A DNA stretch of 64,000 nucleotides from Octopus sinensis. Taxonomy: Eukaryota. The first letter of the stretch is position 1, and every line of letters begins with the position of its first letter. Where the stretch lies: assembly GCF_006345805.1 (NCBI RefSeq), contig NC_043002.1:40424001-40488000 (forward strand), in the 5' to 3' direction. This document shows, piece by piece, positions 40,557 to 53,550 of this stretch. The notes below the pieces were generated by a model that had not been told where the DNA came from, ran no database searches, and saw only the letters and a list, made by a program, of their open reading frames with translations. A program made the translations under genes and the position numbers.

Positions 40557-41249
40557 CTGGAACATTAAAGAACATATTTATCATACATGTCTATTAGTCA
40601 ATACGAGAGATGAATGTCTCCAAAAACTACAGAGTGAAGTTGGTAATTGACTTCAAATTTAATAACATCAAGTAAATAATACAGAAACCTTCTTCTGAAA
40701 TAATGTGTAGGTCTTGTAGCAGGATTTATAATTAAACTTGCTTCCTCCACAGCTGGAAAGGCTGAAAAATGCTGGTGTTAGCATTACTACCCAAAGACAC
40801 AATAAAATACCTTAAAAGAAATATGAACTCACAACAAAATTGTTACCTTAAGTTACAACTCATTTAGCCATTTCTGTTCTACATATGTTAATTACAACCA
40901 TGATGTCAACAACAACACTGACATTGAAAATCATTATTAAATCTTAATATGTATATTAATGAAATTTCATAAGATTAAACGATGACACAATAGAACTGTT
41001 GTCGTTGTTGTCATCAAGATGGTGAGCTGGCAAAATCACTAGTGCATCAGACAAAATGCAATATTTCATTTGGTGCTTTACATTCTGAGTTCAAATGCTG
41101 CCAAGGTCAACTTAGCCTTTCATCCTTTTGGGGTTAATAAAAACAAGTCCAGTTAAATACTTGGGTTGATGCAACTGAGTACCTACCTTGTCCTAAAATT
41201 ACTGACTTTGTGCCAAAATCTGAAAGAACCATTATTATTATTATTATTG

Positions 41250-41665
41250 CCTTTGCACAGTTTCTAACACTCAGCTGTTCTCTACCAGTGAACTAAGGTA
41301 ACACCTCTTATTTTTTGAGAACCTTCTGGAGTATGTGAATGGTTCCAAGCAGTGCTGTTTTCTGCAAGTGCTCCACCCTTATTGCAGCCCTTATTTGTTC
41401 CATGTACTTCGAGATTTTTGCTCACTGTTCCCAGGGCTCCGACAATTATTGGTACCACTGCTACCTTTTTCCTCGACCACAACTGTTTAACTTCCCAAGC
41501 TTAACAGTCATACCTCTCTGTAAGTTGACAAAGCATGTCTAAATTTAATACCCTTCAGCATGATAGGTAGCAGTTTGGGTGTTGTACCAAGTGTACCAAT
41601 CACCACAGGAACAACAGTCATTTTCGTCTTCCACAATCTCTTTATCTCTCTGGTTAGGCCCTGAT
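41250..41665 (-). mobile_element. Two tandem C-terminal fragments of RLE-type non-LTR elements (R4/Dong-like)
   Basis: YQGLTREIKRLWKTKMTVVPVVIGTLGT and WSRKKVAVVPIIVGALGTVSKNL...LQKTALLGT, followed by a (TAA)n tail. Confidence 0.8.
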
Positions 41666-41904
41666 AAAAGAGGTCAGCTGGCAAAATCATTAGCATGTCG
41701 TACAGAATGCTTCATGGCGTTTTTTCTTGCTTTATGGCCTGAGTTTAAATTCCACTAAGGTTGACTTTGCTTTTCATCCTTTCGGGGTCGATAAATTAAG
41801 TACCAGTGAAACACTGGGGTTGATGTAATTGACTAGTCCCTTCCCCCTAAATTTCAGGCTTTGTGCCTATAGTAGAAAGGATTATTATTATTATTATTAT
41901 TATT

Positions 41905-42605
41905 ATTATAGAAGTAAAGGCAGATCATTCTCTATCTTGATTTCCTTCCTTATTATCATTAATTTTAATGTCTCCCTCCCATTTCTCATATCATCTGTGT
42001 TAGGCAAGGTTAGTTTCTGTGGTTGGGCTTCTATTAGTTAATAAGAACTGTGATAAAGAAGCTTGATCTATTCTTTGTATCTCCAACATAAGAAAAATAT
42101 ATGATGCATAGTTTTCCATTTCTTTGTTACTCTCAATGCACAAGAGATGAACACCATTAAGATCAAGTTAACAGACTGTACTTTCTTCACTATTCTTCTT
42201 CAGTTTGTTTTACTTCCTCAGTGATGTTGAAATAAATGCTTAATGGCCTCTTAATACTTTTCAGGGATTACTGGATGAGATTTTCTTAAAGAACAGATCC
42301 ACCTGATTGTAACATTATCATTTTGAATAGTGAATATGTGATGTGTATATAATCAACAATGAATTCTATATTTTAAATTCTCTTTATGAATGATAACAAA
42401 GTCATTCAAAGTATCTTCTGTTTCCTTTCACTCAATTGTATATAGCATTTTATGCTTAAATCTAAAGAGATTTCAGGATTACATCTTTGATATATAACGA
42501 TTGCATCTCAGAGAAGATGCTTCCCTTTCATTCACCTTTGATAAATGTAAATTGACCAAGAGGAATTCATGTCATTAGACAATGTCCAATGATCACATAT
42601 TGTCA
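41905..42605 (-). mobile_element. Highly degraded RT region, possibly from the same R4/Dong-like family
   Basis: Remnant HIFSYVGDTK resembles SHLLYMDDLK; same strand and upstream of the RLE fragments. Confidence 0.35.
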
Positions 42606-45600
42606 TATAATAACATCAATAACTATTTTTAAAAACAGATATTAAATAAATATCATTTATAATCAATTTTGCAAGTATTAAAAACAAGTATTCAGTGAGT
42701 GATTCTGGGATATTTCTCAAACTTTAAAAACTTTAATAAGTTGTTGCAGCTACTATCAGTGAATCCTACAAATGTGAGTTATTCCAGTGAAGATTACAGA
42801 TATGTGACTTAGACTGAGATTCAGTGAAGACCGTTGTTGATATACAGTCAGTGAAAGTAAAGGATGGTGCAAGTTTCTGAAGGGAAAAACATCAATACTG
42901 TTTCAAATCAAAACTAAATATTTTAGTTGAAATATTTATCAACTAGTAACACTTTTTACGTTTGCTCTGCTTTAATATTATTTTTATATCTTCATGTGCA
43001 TCACACAAATATTCTAGTTGACAGCTATGTGAAAAGAACTGAGGGTGAAAGTGAAGTGATTGGAAACAATATCAATATCAATTATCAATATCATTATTAC
43101 CACCATCTGTCTTTTTTCTATGCTTGTACGCATCAAAGTTTAAGCATTTCTCTTCACTGACGTTGGATGTATTTTCATAAAACCAAGACATACCTTTTAA
43201 TAAGGGGAGAGCAATAATAATGTTCATAAAAGCATTCAGTGGTTAACAATTAAAGAAAAAAAAGTAACATACTTTTATTGGTTTGTTTTTCTTTGAATGT
43301 ATGAAATATGTTACTTAGGGATATAAGTATCAACATTTTTGTAACCTTGCAGCTATTAGATAAACCAAATCAAATAAATAACTAGAGGAACAAATAATTC
43401 CACTCAATATCTTGGCTGTAGTTGGTAGTAGGAAAACAATTCTACTAGACAGTAGTGAGAACAAAACTCGGTCACTGGAAAATACTTGTATTGAAAAATA
43501 TAAACATGAAGATGAGACTAGGCAAGAGTCAGACCTCCCTTGAGGAACAGACAGAAAAAATGCTTCATAGCTTCATTTTGAATAAGTCCTAAGATAACTG
43601 TCTACCAACTGCATGTGGGCTAAAATTAAAAGACCTCCTTCAGTCATGAATGGCCTTGGGATTGCACCTAGAAAGTTCCCATCCGAGGCACAAGTCTAGG
43701 CAAGGTTGTTTATGGAAGACCATCAGTTGTGCATGCATACCAACTTCCCCTCTCCATGCCACTGATGATATCCAAGGGAAAGGCAAAGGCCGATAAAGCT
43801 TTAGCATCAGTGGCATTGCAACTCATTTCTACAGCTGAGTGAACTGGAGCAATATGAAATAAAGTGTCTTGCTCAAGGACACAACACACAGCCCGGTTCA
43901 GGATTCAAACTCACTACCTCATGATTGTGAGTCTGATGTTTTAACCACTGAGCCACGTGCCTTCACTTGCATGTGGACTAGTTCATGTTGGCAAGAGGAA
44001 GAAAAGATGTGTCTATTTCAGTTGGTTCACAAACTCTTCAGCTCGAATACTAGGTTCTTAACAAGCATGATTTATAGTTGAGCAGCAAAAGAGTTAACAG
44101 TTTTTATAATTAGATCTAAATGAAACATTTCCCAAATTTTTTTACAAGCCATCAAATTATGAAATCCATACAAAATATTCTAAGGTTTGGCTGAAATATT
44201 AAAGTTAATCTGTGTAAGTAAGACATCGTTATTCTGTTTTATTTTTCTTATACTGAAAATGAAAAAAAAAAAACCAAAGGAAAATGTGGAAAAAAAAAAC
44301 TAAAACAAAAAACAAAATAATGCAAATTCTCTCTCACTGGCCAACCATGTACCTCCTCTAAAGCAAGACACCTATTTCAGTCTCCCTATTTCTCTGTCAC
44401 ACTCTAACCTTTCCTCATCTGCAACTGGATCACCCCCTCTAATGCACGCACTGTTGTGGCAAGACATCTACTTCTGTCTCTCTGTCTCTTTTTCACACTC
44501 TAACTTTTCATCCTTTGACACAAGTTCCCCTCTTCAAATGCCCTTGTCCCTCTCATAACTCCTTGTCTTGCAAGTTACTTGTTTACTCTGCCTGTGCTGG
44601 TGTCACGTTAAAAGCATGCAGTCTATACTAACATGGTTGGTATTTGGAAGGGTGTCCAGCTGTAAAAATCATGTGAAAACTAAACTCACCTGTGCTAGTA
44701 CCCTTCCTAACACCAACCACTCTGTAGAGTTTTTCTACCTGGCTGGCTCCTGTCAACTGTCTCACCCAGTTCACATGGAAGATAGATGTTTGATGATGAT
44801 GATGATGTAACTAAACACTGGTCACACCAAATAATCATAAAATCTTAGGAGATTCTGTCTGTCTGTCTCACACACACACACACACAAACAGCCTGATTTT
44901 CTGGCATCACTCAGAGTTTGTTTATGTACATGTCTTTATGGGGCCTTGCTGAGCGAATGAGGTTGTACTGGAATAGTCATTCTTGTTGTACTTTTGCATT
45001 TTGTATTTGTCAACACAAATATATGCACCAAGACCGTACACAAAGAAAATGCACAGGTATGGTTTTGTGCTTAAGAAGCTCACTTTGCGACCATGTGCTT
45101 TTGATTTCTGTCCCACTGCATGGCACCTTGGGAAAGTATCCTCTACTATAGCCCAGAGCTGACCAATGGCTTGTAAGTGAATTTGGTAGATGGCAACTGT
45201 ATCAAAGCTTTCTGTATATATAATAATGATAATAATTCATTCCTTTATTGGCCACAAGGACTAATATAAATCAAAACATTAAAGGACAACACAAGACAAT
45301 ATACAAAGGATTTAAAAAAAAAAACATTTGTGTAAACATTTGATAATAATAAAACAATGTAACAAGTAAAACACTCCTAATAGAGGGAAGGCACATTAAA
45401 CTTTTTTTACAGGCGTATTCTCAGAATTGTTCTATCCAAACTGGCCATTTTTCCAACATCCACCCACCTTTTACTTGTTTTAGTCATTAGACTGCAGCCA
45501 TGCTGGGGCACAGCCTTGAAGAACATTTTAGTTGATTGAATTGAACTCAATACTTTTTTTTTTAAGCTTAGTACTTATCTTATCAGTCTTTTTTACCAAG

Positions 45601-45882
45601 CCAATAAGTTATGGGGGCATAACCACATCAACACTGGTTGTCAAGTGGTGGTAGGGGGACAAACACAGACACACACACACACACAGAATGAGCTTCTTTC
45701 AGTTTCCATTTATCAAATCCACTCACAAGGCTTTGGTTGCCAGATGTTATAGTAGAAGATGCTTGCCCAAGGTGCCATGCAGTGGGACTGAACCTGGAAC
45801 CATGTGGTTGGGAAGCAAATTTCTTACCACAGAACCACACCTGATGTTATATGCAACAAAATCAATAAAAATGATAACAAAC

Positions 45883-45940
45883 CTTCAAAATCAGCATCTC
45901 CAATACCAATAATAATAATAGACATAGGAAGTTTTGAGGC
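45883..45940 (-). CDS. CPNE8: Copine-8-like exon (VWA)
   Basis: ttttag|ASKLPMSIIIIGIGDADFE G|gtttgt; 58 nt, phase 0 to 1. Confidence 0.95.
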
Positions 45941-46339
45941 CTAAAATGTAAAAAGATGGAAAAGAAATTACATTGTAGTAATAAACAATATGGTTGTTTT
46001 GATATCACTTTAAAAAAAATATTTTTAGTGTTTTATATCTGTTTCTCTTTGCTTGAATTTGTGAAATGCTCTGTGTATTGGAATTAGTGCTTCTGTATCT
46101 GGATGTCCTTTAATAAGACTAGAAGACTGCAGTTGGAAAAGGCTCATTTAGGTCTGAAGTCACAGGGATGAAGACAATTTAGTAGTGTACTAGTGGAGAT
46201 TAATAGGATAGATGTATATGGTTAATTTTAGAGGATACAAGATATATCTCACAGATGCTCTGGGATGCATTATCACTTATGTTTCTGGGGCCTCAGAAAA
46301 ATTTCAGGTCTTTTGAAATCAGATTTTTTCACTCAGTTG

Positions 46340-46690
46340 ACCCAGCTGGGGTTGATCAAGTCCTAGCTTTTATCTCAGTAACAGCAAATCACTGGTCTGC
46401 CCTCTTAATCCAAAGCCACTTGGTGGCTTTCTTTGCAGCTTGAGTCATGAAATTTATGGTGTTTGTCTTTGCTGCACTTGTAACTCCAAGTCCAGTCAAA
46501 GCTTTTCAGAATGAACACCTAATAAAACCCCCATCAGCCTACTTCAAATGTCTCGTAAAGTGCTGCCAGTCTTAGTTTCTGCTCTGCTCTACCAGCTCAT
46601 AGTATTTGGTAAGCTTTTTCTCACGAGCCTTCTCCATATATTCTTTCCAGAGCATAGACACTTCTAAGTGATCAGACTGTGTATACATTA
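46340..46690 (-). mobile_element. HERO/NeSL-like RLE non-LTR element, C-terminal fragment
   Basis: WKEYMEKAREKKLTKYYELVEQSR...AAKKATKWLWIKR. Confidence 0.7.
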
Positions 46691-47074
46691 ACTTGACTAT
46701 TTTAATCGAACATATATATGTCATCTTTGAAATATCTGTTGATAGACAATTCTGTTTTATTCCACCAACCAACCAATGTACATTTACCACTACATCAGCA
46801 TCAATGGTGAAGGCAGTGCTTATCTGATGAGGTCTTGCTCTATGTAATTACATTCCTTTAATTTCTCCAAGTTCAAATACCACTGCTGCTGTCTTTACCA
46901 CACACTTCTTGAGGGTAAGGCTATAGAGTTAATTCAATCAACCACACCCATTGTTCCTTACCAATTTGTTGCTTTGTGCCAAAGTTAAATTGATATCAGA
47001 GAACATGAAGTTTGGAGTAAATTTTGCAGTAAAGAGTGAATAAAGTGAAGTTGCAATAATACAATGACACTTAC

Positions 47075-47177
47075 ATTAACAACTGCTTCCATTGTCTGGG
47101 GCATGTCGGTAATAATACCATCAGTCAAAATGAGGAGGATGAAATAATCATTGCCATCTTGATGTAAAGATGCACAT
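47075..47177 (-). CDS. CPNE8: Copine-8-like exon (VWA, TDG motif)
   Basis: ttcag|A CASLHQDGNDYFILLILTDGIITDMPQTMEAVVN|gtaagt; 103 nt, phase 2 to 0. Confidence 0.96.
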
Positions 47178-47539
47178 CTGAAGATAAAAAAAGGCTAATA
47201 TCATAAGGAGAACAACATATTTTGAAGAAAGGTATATTAAGATGCACACCTGAAGATAAAAAATTATAATATTGGTTTCAAATTTTGTAACAAGGCCAAT
47301 AAATTAGGGGGGGGGGGTTTAGTTGATTACATCAACTAGTACTTATTTTATTGACCCTGAATGGATGGAAGGCAAAGATAACCTAGGCAGAATGTGAACT
47401 CAGAATGTAAAAACAGACAAAATGCTAGTATGCATTTTGCCTGGCACAGTAACAATTCTGCCATTTCACCACCTTAAGTAAAAAACAAAAACAAAAGAAA
47501 AAGCAAAACAAAATATTATGAGCAACTATTTCTAGCAGG

Positions 47540-48935
47540 ACTCAAAATGTAAGAAATCTCTTTCAAACAACACCTTGCTATTTAAAAAATTGGGCATAAG
47601 AGGAATTAGATGTAATGTATAAGAAAGAAGGCTGCACTGGTATGAAAATATATGATGCATATGGATGGGGACAGGTGAATAAAGTGCTGCTTTCTTAATA
47701 CAGATGGAAATTGCAGAAAAGGTAGACTCTTGAAGACTGATCTCAGGACCTTGAACATCAAAGAGGAAATAACCAAAAATAGGATGACTGGCGATATGTG
47801 GTTCTTGAGAAGACCCACCCCGCTCAGTAAAACTCAAATTCTGGAAGCACAATGTGTATAAATATATGTATATGCACTACAGTACTCCTGCCTAATTTCT
47901 TCCTCAAGACATTCCAACCAGCTATCAACTCTTTAACCACATTATTCTGAGAGCAGAACTGCAAACTTCACTAACTTTGCCCTGATATCCCTTACCCCTC
48001 TTACCACGCAGAACCATTTCACTTGTCATCCAGCTTTCATTTTTAATACTGTCCTCTTCATCGACATTTTACATTGATGATCCTCCTCAGCTGCCAAATT
48101 ATCTTTCCTCCACACCAAATATCTCCTCTCCCCCAAAATTACGTTTGCCCTATACTTGTCCAACCGGCCAACCACATATCATCTCTCTCCCCATCTCTGT
48201 TTATTACTACACTCTTCACCCCCTCCACAACTCCTTTTCAGCACTGTCTCTCCCTTCCTTCTCCTAATTCATGAATCATTGGTCATTCCTTACCCCCAAC
48301 CCTCAACTCTACTCAATCTCTACAGTTGTCACCTACTCTTCCATACTTCATCTACTCATCATTCTTCAACACTTGTACTTCATTATATTCACTTTAATGG
48401 TCTCTAACCATCTCTCACTATCCCATACACTCCAGCAACATCTACCCACCCAAACATCCGTCCTCACTCACTTTTACACATCTTGTATTTTGGGGGTCCA
48501 CCCTGATACCTCATCACTACTTTTATCTTTTTCCAGCTTTACCCTAGCCATCTCACTCTCTCTTTTATAATGTAAATAGCTGTGCAGCCCCTCCACAGTG
48601 AGAAAACTATTCTGGGCACTTCTTTCTCACTTTAATCCCTCATTCCACAATATAAAACTGCTTGCTTCTCTACTATAGCCTCATTCAGTTGAAGGGAACC
48701 TTGGTCTTGTGGGCTGCATGGCAACTTCATTCGTAATGATATAAAAAAAAAGCAAAAAAAAAAAGCACTTTGTACATGCTGCAAAGTGGCTGTTGTTAGG
48801 AAGGGAATCCAGCCACAGAAATATGCCAAAGTAGGCACTGGAGCATGACGTGGTCTTCAGCCCTGTTGGGTTTTGTCAAACCATCCAACCCATGCCAGCA
48901 TTTAACATAAACATCAAATAATGATGCTGAAGATG
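47540..48935 (+). mobile_element. RTE LINE 3' part with long pyrimidine-rich 3' UTR
   Basis: KLGIRGIRCNV*ERRLHWY, homologous to about 14430-14640(-); ends in the shared cccatgccagcat...aaataatgatg tail. Confidence 0.7.
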
Positions 48936-50168
48936 AGTGCGAGCCTAACACTGAAAGATTACGTCATGTGCTGCCGTTGTAATTTGTCCTTGTAATGTCC
49001 CCTTCATCTGTCATGTGACAAATTAAGCTTAAGAGAGTTATTTCCCCTCATTGTGTGTTTTGTGTGTGTGTGTTATGCGAAGGCACATTTGAATCAGTGA
49101 TTAGAAGATCGAGCTTACAATAGTGAGGTTGTGAGTTCGATTCTCGAACCGGGTTGTGAGTTGTGTTCTTGAGCAAGACACTTATTTTCAAGTTACTACA
49201 TATATAAAAGACAAGGGCGTATGGCCTAGTTGTTACGATGTTACACTCACGATTGTGAGATCGTGGTTTCAATTCCTGGACTAGATAGTTGAGCAAAATA
49301 CTTCATTTAACGTTGCTCTGTGACCACTTCGATATCTGATGTGTGGTACACTGCGCACCTATTCGGGCAACGTCAACTTGATGGAGGGAGTGAGCTATAC
49401 ATTTGATCAGCAAAAACTGAACACTCATATATCATCTTTTGACAGTAGATTCCATCACACACGCACACACACATTCAGAAGTTAGGACTAAAAAAAAAAC
49501 CCTTCTAATCATCAGAAACGGCTTAAAGGAATGGTATAGTATGGCATGAATTCTTTGTCAAAAGACAAAACATCTGGAAGTGTCACATCTGCCTTGCTGT
49601 TCTCACAGCTATTGTGAAAAAAATAATAAATAAAAGCTCAGATCAAAAGCCATGAAGGAGAAAACTTCCCAAGTAACGTAATATTTCCCTATGGTTATGG
49701 CTGGACATATTTTCATGAATGGAAAATACACATCATGACTTGTATATTTATGTACACACACACACACATGTCATATACATATACTATACTAAGAATTGTA
49801 GTTTTAGGAAACTGGGAGCCAGTGAAGAAGTTAGGCGAAAAAGAAACCTTGAATCAAAGAGAGAGCCTCTATGTGATTGTTCAACCCAGTAGAAAGAGCA
49901 GCAAAGACTCCCTCAAGTCAGACCTTACTGTCTAACAAAAGCATATAAACATTAGATAATGTCATTTAGGGTACATTTAGCCAGAAAAAATTGAGATGGG
50001 CATAGCTGGAATGAGTTGGATTATAGATCTGGTTCAATCAGGACTGACCAGGGGGTTAAACAACAACAATAATTAAGAACTGTGAATAATCAGCTAATTA
50101 ATATTCTAGTTGTACAGAAAACCTATTCCTAACTACTTCTAATAAAAACTCTCAGATAATTTACTTAC

Positions 50169-50296
50169 CGAGCGACATAGTTGATACATGGAGCGAAATT
50201 AGTTGGGCCATAAAGTTGTACGGAATGAAGAGTATGATGGTAAGCATCTATCACACCTTGGATACCTTCACAATAAGGGTTTTCAATTGTACCACT
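50169..50296 (-). CDS. CPNE8: Copine-8-like exon (VWA)
   Basis: ttcaag|[44 protein letters not shown]|gtaagt; 128 nt, phase 0 to 2. Confidence 0.95.
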
Positions 50297-50580
50297 CTTG
50301 AAAGAACAAAGAAAAAGAAAAAAGATTATAAACAAAAGTAAACTTCCAAGAATTACTCAAACATCATTCAGCAAGCTAAGTACAGTACCGGACCTCTTAT
50401 TTGGCTTCCAGAAAACTGGAATTAGCAAAAAAGTGGTTATTTTGTACAGGTGATCCTTTCACAGTTTTGTGCTTACTTGTGTGAATTTATTATACTTTTT
50501 AATTATAATCATGTTTAAAAGACCAGTAGAAATGTCAGTAGAATTCTAGTTTAATCACCCCATATTACCCCTTGTAACTT

Positions 50581-51023
50581 CTTTTTAGTTTTTGGAATTT
50601 TCAGAAAATTTTTGCAATTTTGTGTGCTACACACAAGAATTCATATAATTATGAAATAAAAAAAAAATTTTAACCACTCCATCTAAATCTTAAAAGTTCC
50701 ATTCTTTTTTGATTTAAAAAAAAAAATCAAAGTTTAAACTATGGACAATGAATTTTTGGGTTAAATCCCTTGGGTCCATCATCATTCCATTACATTCCAT
50801 TACTATTTTGTTGGGAGGAAAATATTGAAAAACATTAATATATGCCAGAGTGAAACAAGGAAGGTATCAAGTGGTCGTGAGATGTGCTAAAAACAACAGC
50901 TGAATTACCCTTAATTCACACACACACACACACAAAAATTGATTTTTCATAATCGTATGAATTCCTGTGCATAGAACACAAATTTGCCAAAAATTTTCTG
51001 AAAAATCCAAAAAATAAAAAAAA
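50581..51023. repeat. Imperfect ~80-bp inverted repeat pair (50581-50658 / 50941-51023)
   Basis: tttttggaattttcagaaaatttttgcaattttgtgtgctacacacaagaattcatataattatgaaa aligns to the reverse complement of the second arm with scattered mismatches; probably DNA-transposon derived. Confidence 0.8.
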
Positions 51024-51389
51024 GGTAGTGGTTAACATATAGTGGATATTTTGTTTTGTTCTGTTTATAATATCATAGTATCATATGCTCTGATTGATAG
51101 AGTCTTTCCTGCTAAATCTGTTTCAGGTGAAGGCTACTTTATGGCAAGTTGTTCTTGGCTAATTAAATCAGGTAAATTGAAGTTTTGCTCAAGTGAAATG
51201 TGTTCACTCTGAAATTTCTTTTTTCATCCCATCTCCTCTTTTCTGAGGTTTTTAGGATTACATTATCTGATGTGACTTTTTATTTCCCATGATGGTTGGG
51301 TATGATTTGAGGGGATTCTAGCAGACTGAATGATTATGTAGAGACTCCCTTGTTGGCTGGCCCATATGTAGCAAGACACCTATCTATGG

Positions 51390-51639
51390 TTGTCCCTTAT
51401 TACAGTTTAACCTCTCAGCACCTGGAGTAAAGTCACATTTCTCTCCCAAATACTCCCCTACTCAGTTATGGGGGGGGGGATTTTCCCCATTTTTCCTTGT
51501 TCTACTAACTTGCAAGACAGAAAAAGAACAAGGAAAAATGGGGAAAATCCCCCCCCCCCATAACTGAGTAGGGGAGTATTTGGGAGAGAAATGTGACTTT
51601 ACTCCAGGTGCTGAGAGGTTAAACTGTAATAAGGGACAA
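51390..51639. repeat. Near-perfect inverted repeat, arms 114/115 bp, 21-nt spacer
   Basis: 51390-51503 is the reverse complement of 51525-51639 except G10 versus C11 in the homopolymer. Confidence 0.97.
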
Positions 51640-52361
51640 ACTGTAAAAAAAAAAAAGAAAGAAAAGTTATCAGAAGCTGCATTCAACAGCATATATTTTT
51701 CTGTCTTGCAAGTTAGTAGATGACCTCACTAATGCCAGTGACACAGACAGAAAAAAAAGCACTAAGTATACATTGTAAAGTAGTTGACCTTAGGAAGGAC
51801 ATCCAGCCATTGAAACTATGTTAAAGCTAACACTGGCATTCAATTAACATCTGTGACTCACCAGGTCCTGTCAAACTATCAAACCCATGCCATTATGGAA
51901 AATGGCCATTAAATTATGAAGTAACTTACTCAGAGATTACAAATACTGTATATTTTGGTTCAACATCCACAAGGTTTGGTTTAGATTTTATTCTTCAGAA
52001 GTGGATGAAATATGCACTAGACATTCATTCTCAACTGATTTTGAATAAAACCAGAGTTTAAATGTGTAAGAAATCTTTGTTTGTTTTTGTTATACATCCA
52101 ACAAGCAGAAAATATTATTTCATTTCATATATATATTGAAAAACAATTTTATGAAAAGAGAGGGGTGTGTGTGTGTGTCAAAAAAAATCTCCATCATAAT
52201 TTTTCATCTTCAAAGAATTTTCTGAGATTAACCATTCCTTCTTCCAATTACATTGTTACAAATTGATATGTGTAAACCTCTATAAACAGCCTTAACATAT
52301 ATATCCCAAAAGATATTAAAAAGGAGAAATCAATAAAAATGGAGAGGAAATGTAGACAAAC

Positions 52362-52437
52362 CAGAGGAAATTCATGCGATACAATTCCAGTTGGAGGAAG
52401 TCGGGCACCAAATCCCAATGCTGGAAATAACTTATCT
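52362..52437 (-). CDS. CPNE8: Copine-8-like exon (VWA)
   Basis: ttcag|[26 protein letters not shown]|gtttgt; 76 nt, phase 2 to 0. Confidence 0.96.
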
Positions 52438-52747
52438 CTGAAAGTAGAAAAGAAAGAAAAATGATAATTCTAAACATATGGAATATAGGTATAAAAATTT
52501 AAAACAAAACAATTATATAGCAGTTAAAACTATGTACATTACGGTTTAATACAACACACTTTTCCATTTCCCATGATGGCATTTGGAGCAGCCATAAGTA
52601 TTTTAGATGCTTCAATAAACTAGGACATAGACTAACTTGGTGAAATTAGTGTAATAAATATTCAATATGAATATGAGTAGTAGAGGTTCCCTTGGTAGCT
52701 CACCTCTATTCAGTCACAGACCTACTAGAAATTATTTTTTACCATTT

Positions 52748-52932
52748 AAGGGTATCGTGAAAAGCCAGATTGGAGGCACAACCTTCTGAGTTCTTTTACA
52801 GGGCTTAAAAAAACTGAAGGACCACTGCAATAAGTGTGTGAATCTGAGAGGGGAATATGTTGAATAAAATCATAATTAACTGACCCTCCTGTATTTTCTT
52901 TTACCAAAAACCAGAAACTTTTCAGCACCTCC
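52748..52932. mobile_element. Tc1/mariner-type MITE, copy 3 (inverted relative to copies 1-2, one end truncated)
   Basis: Reverse complement matches 24033-24251. Confidence 0.78.
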
Positions 52933-53367
52933 TCACACAAGACAGCCAATTCTGAATACAAAAGTCATTATAGCAGTGATAGAAAAGGTAGAGAGAGAAG
53001 ACAGTGTACCTGTAGTTCAGAGGCTGGAGTATGTCTGTGAGTGATTTTATGCCAGTCAGTTGAGTGGCATTTCTCTAGATGTAGTTCAACATATCTGAAT
53101 ATATAGCAACAGCACTGACTCAGGATTAAGAGGAGCAAGAGACAACCCAAGGAACATTACTATTTTCTATTTCTTCCTCACTCTCTGAAGAGACAAAGCC
53201 CAACATTTTAAACCATTCATTCTTTGCAGCAATTAAACTTATCAAACTCCTCTATAACCCATCCTATAGACTAATTGTTGTCAATACAGACCATCATTAT
53301 TCTCCTTGGATTACTGATTTTTATCCTATCTTACCATTGGTTAGAACAGGCAAGCAAGAAGTACTTA

Positions 53368-53550
<183 letters not shown>

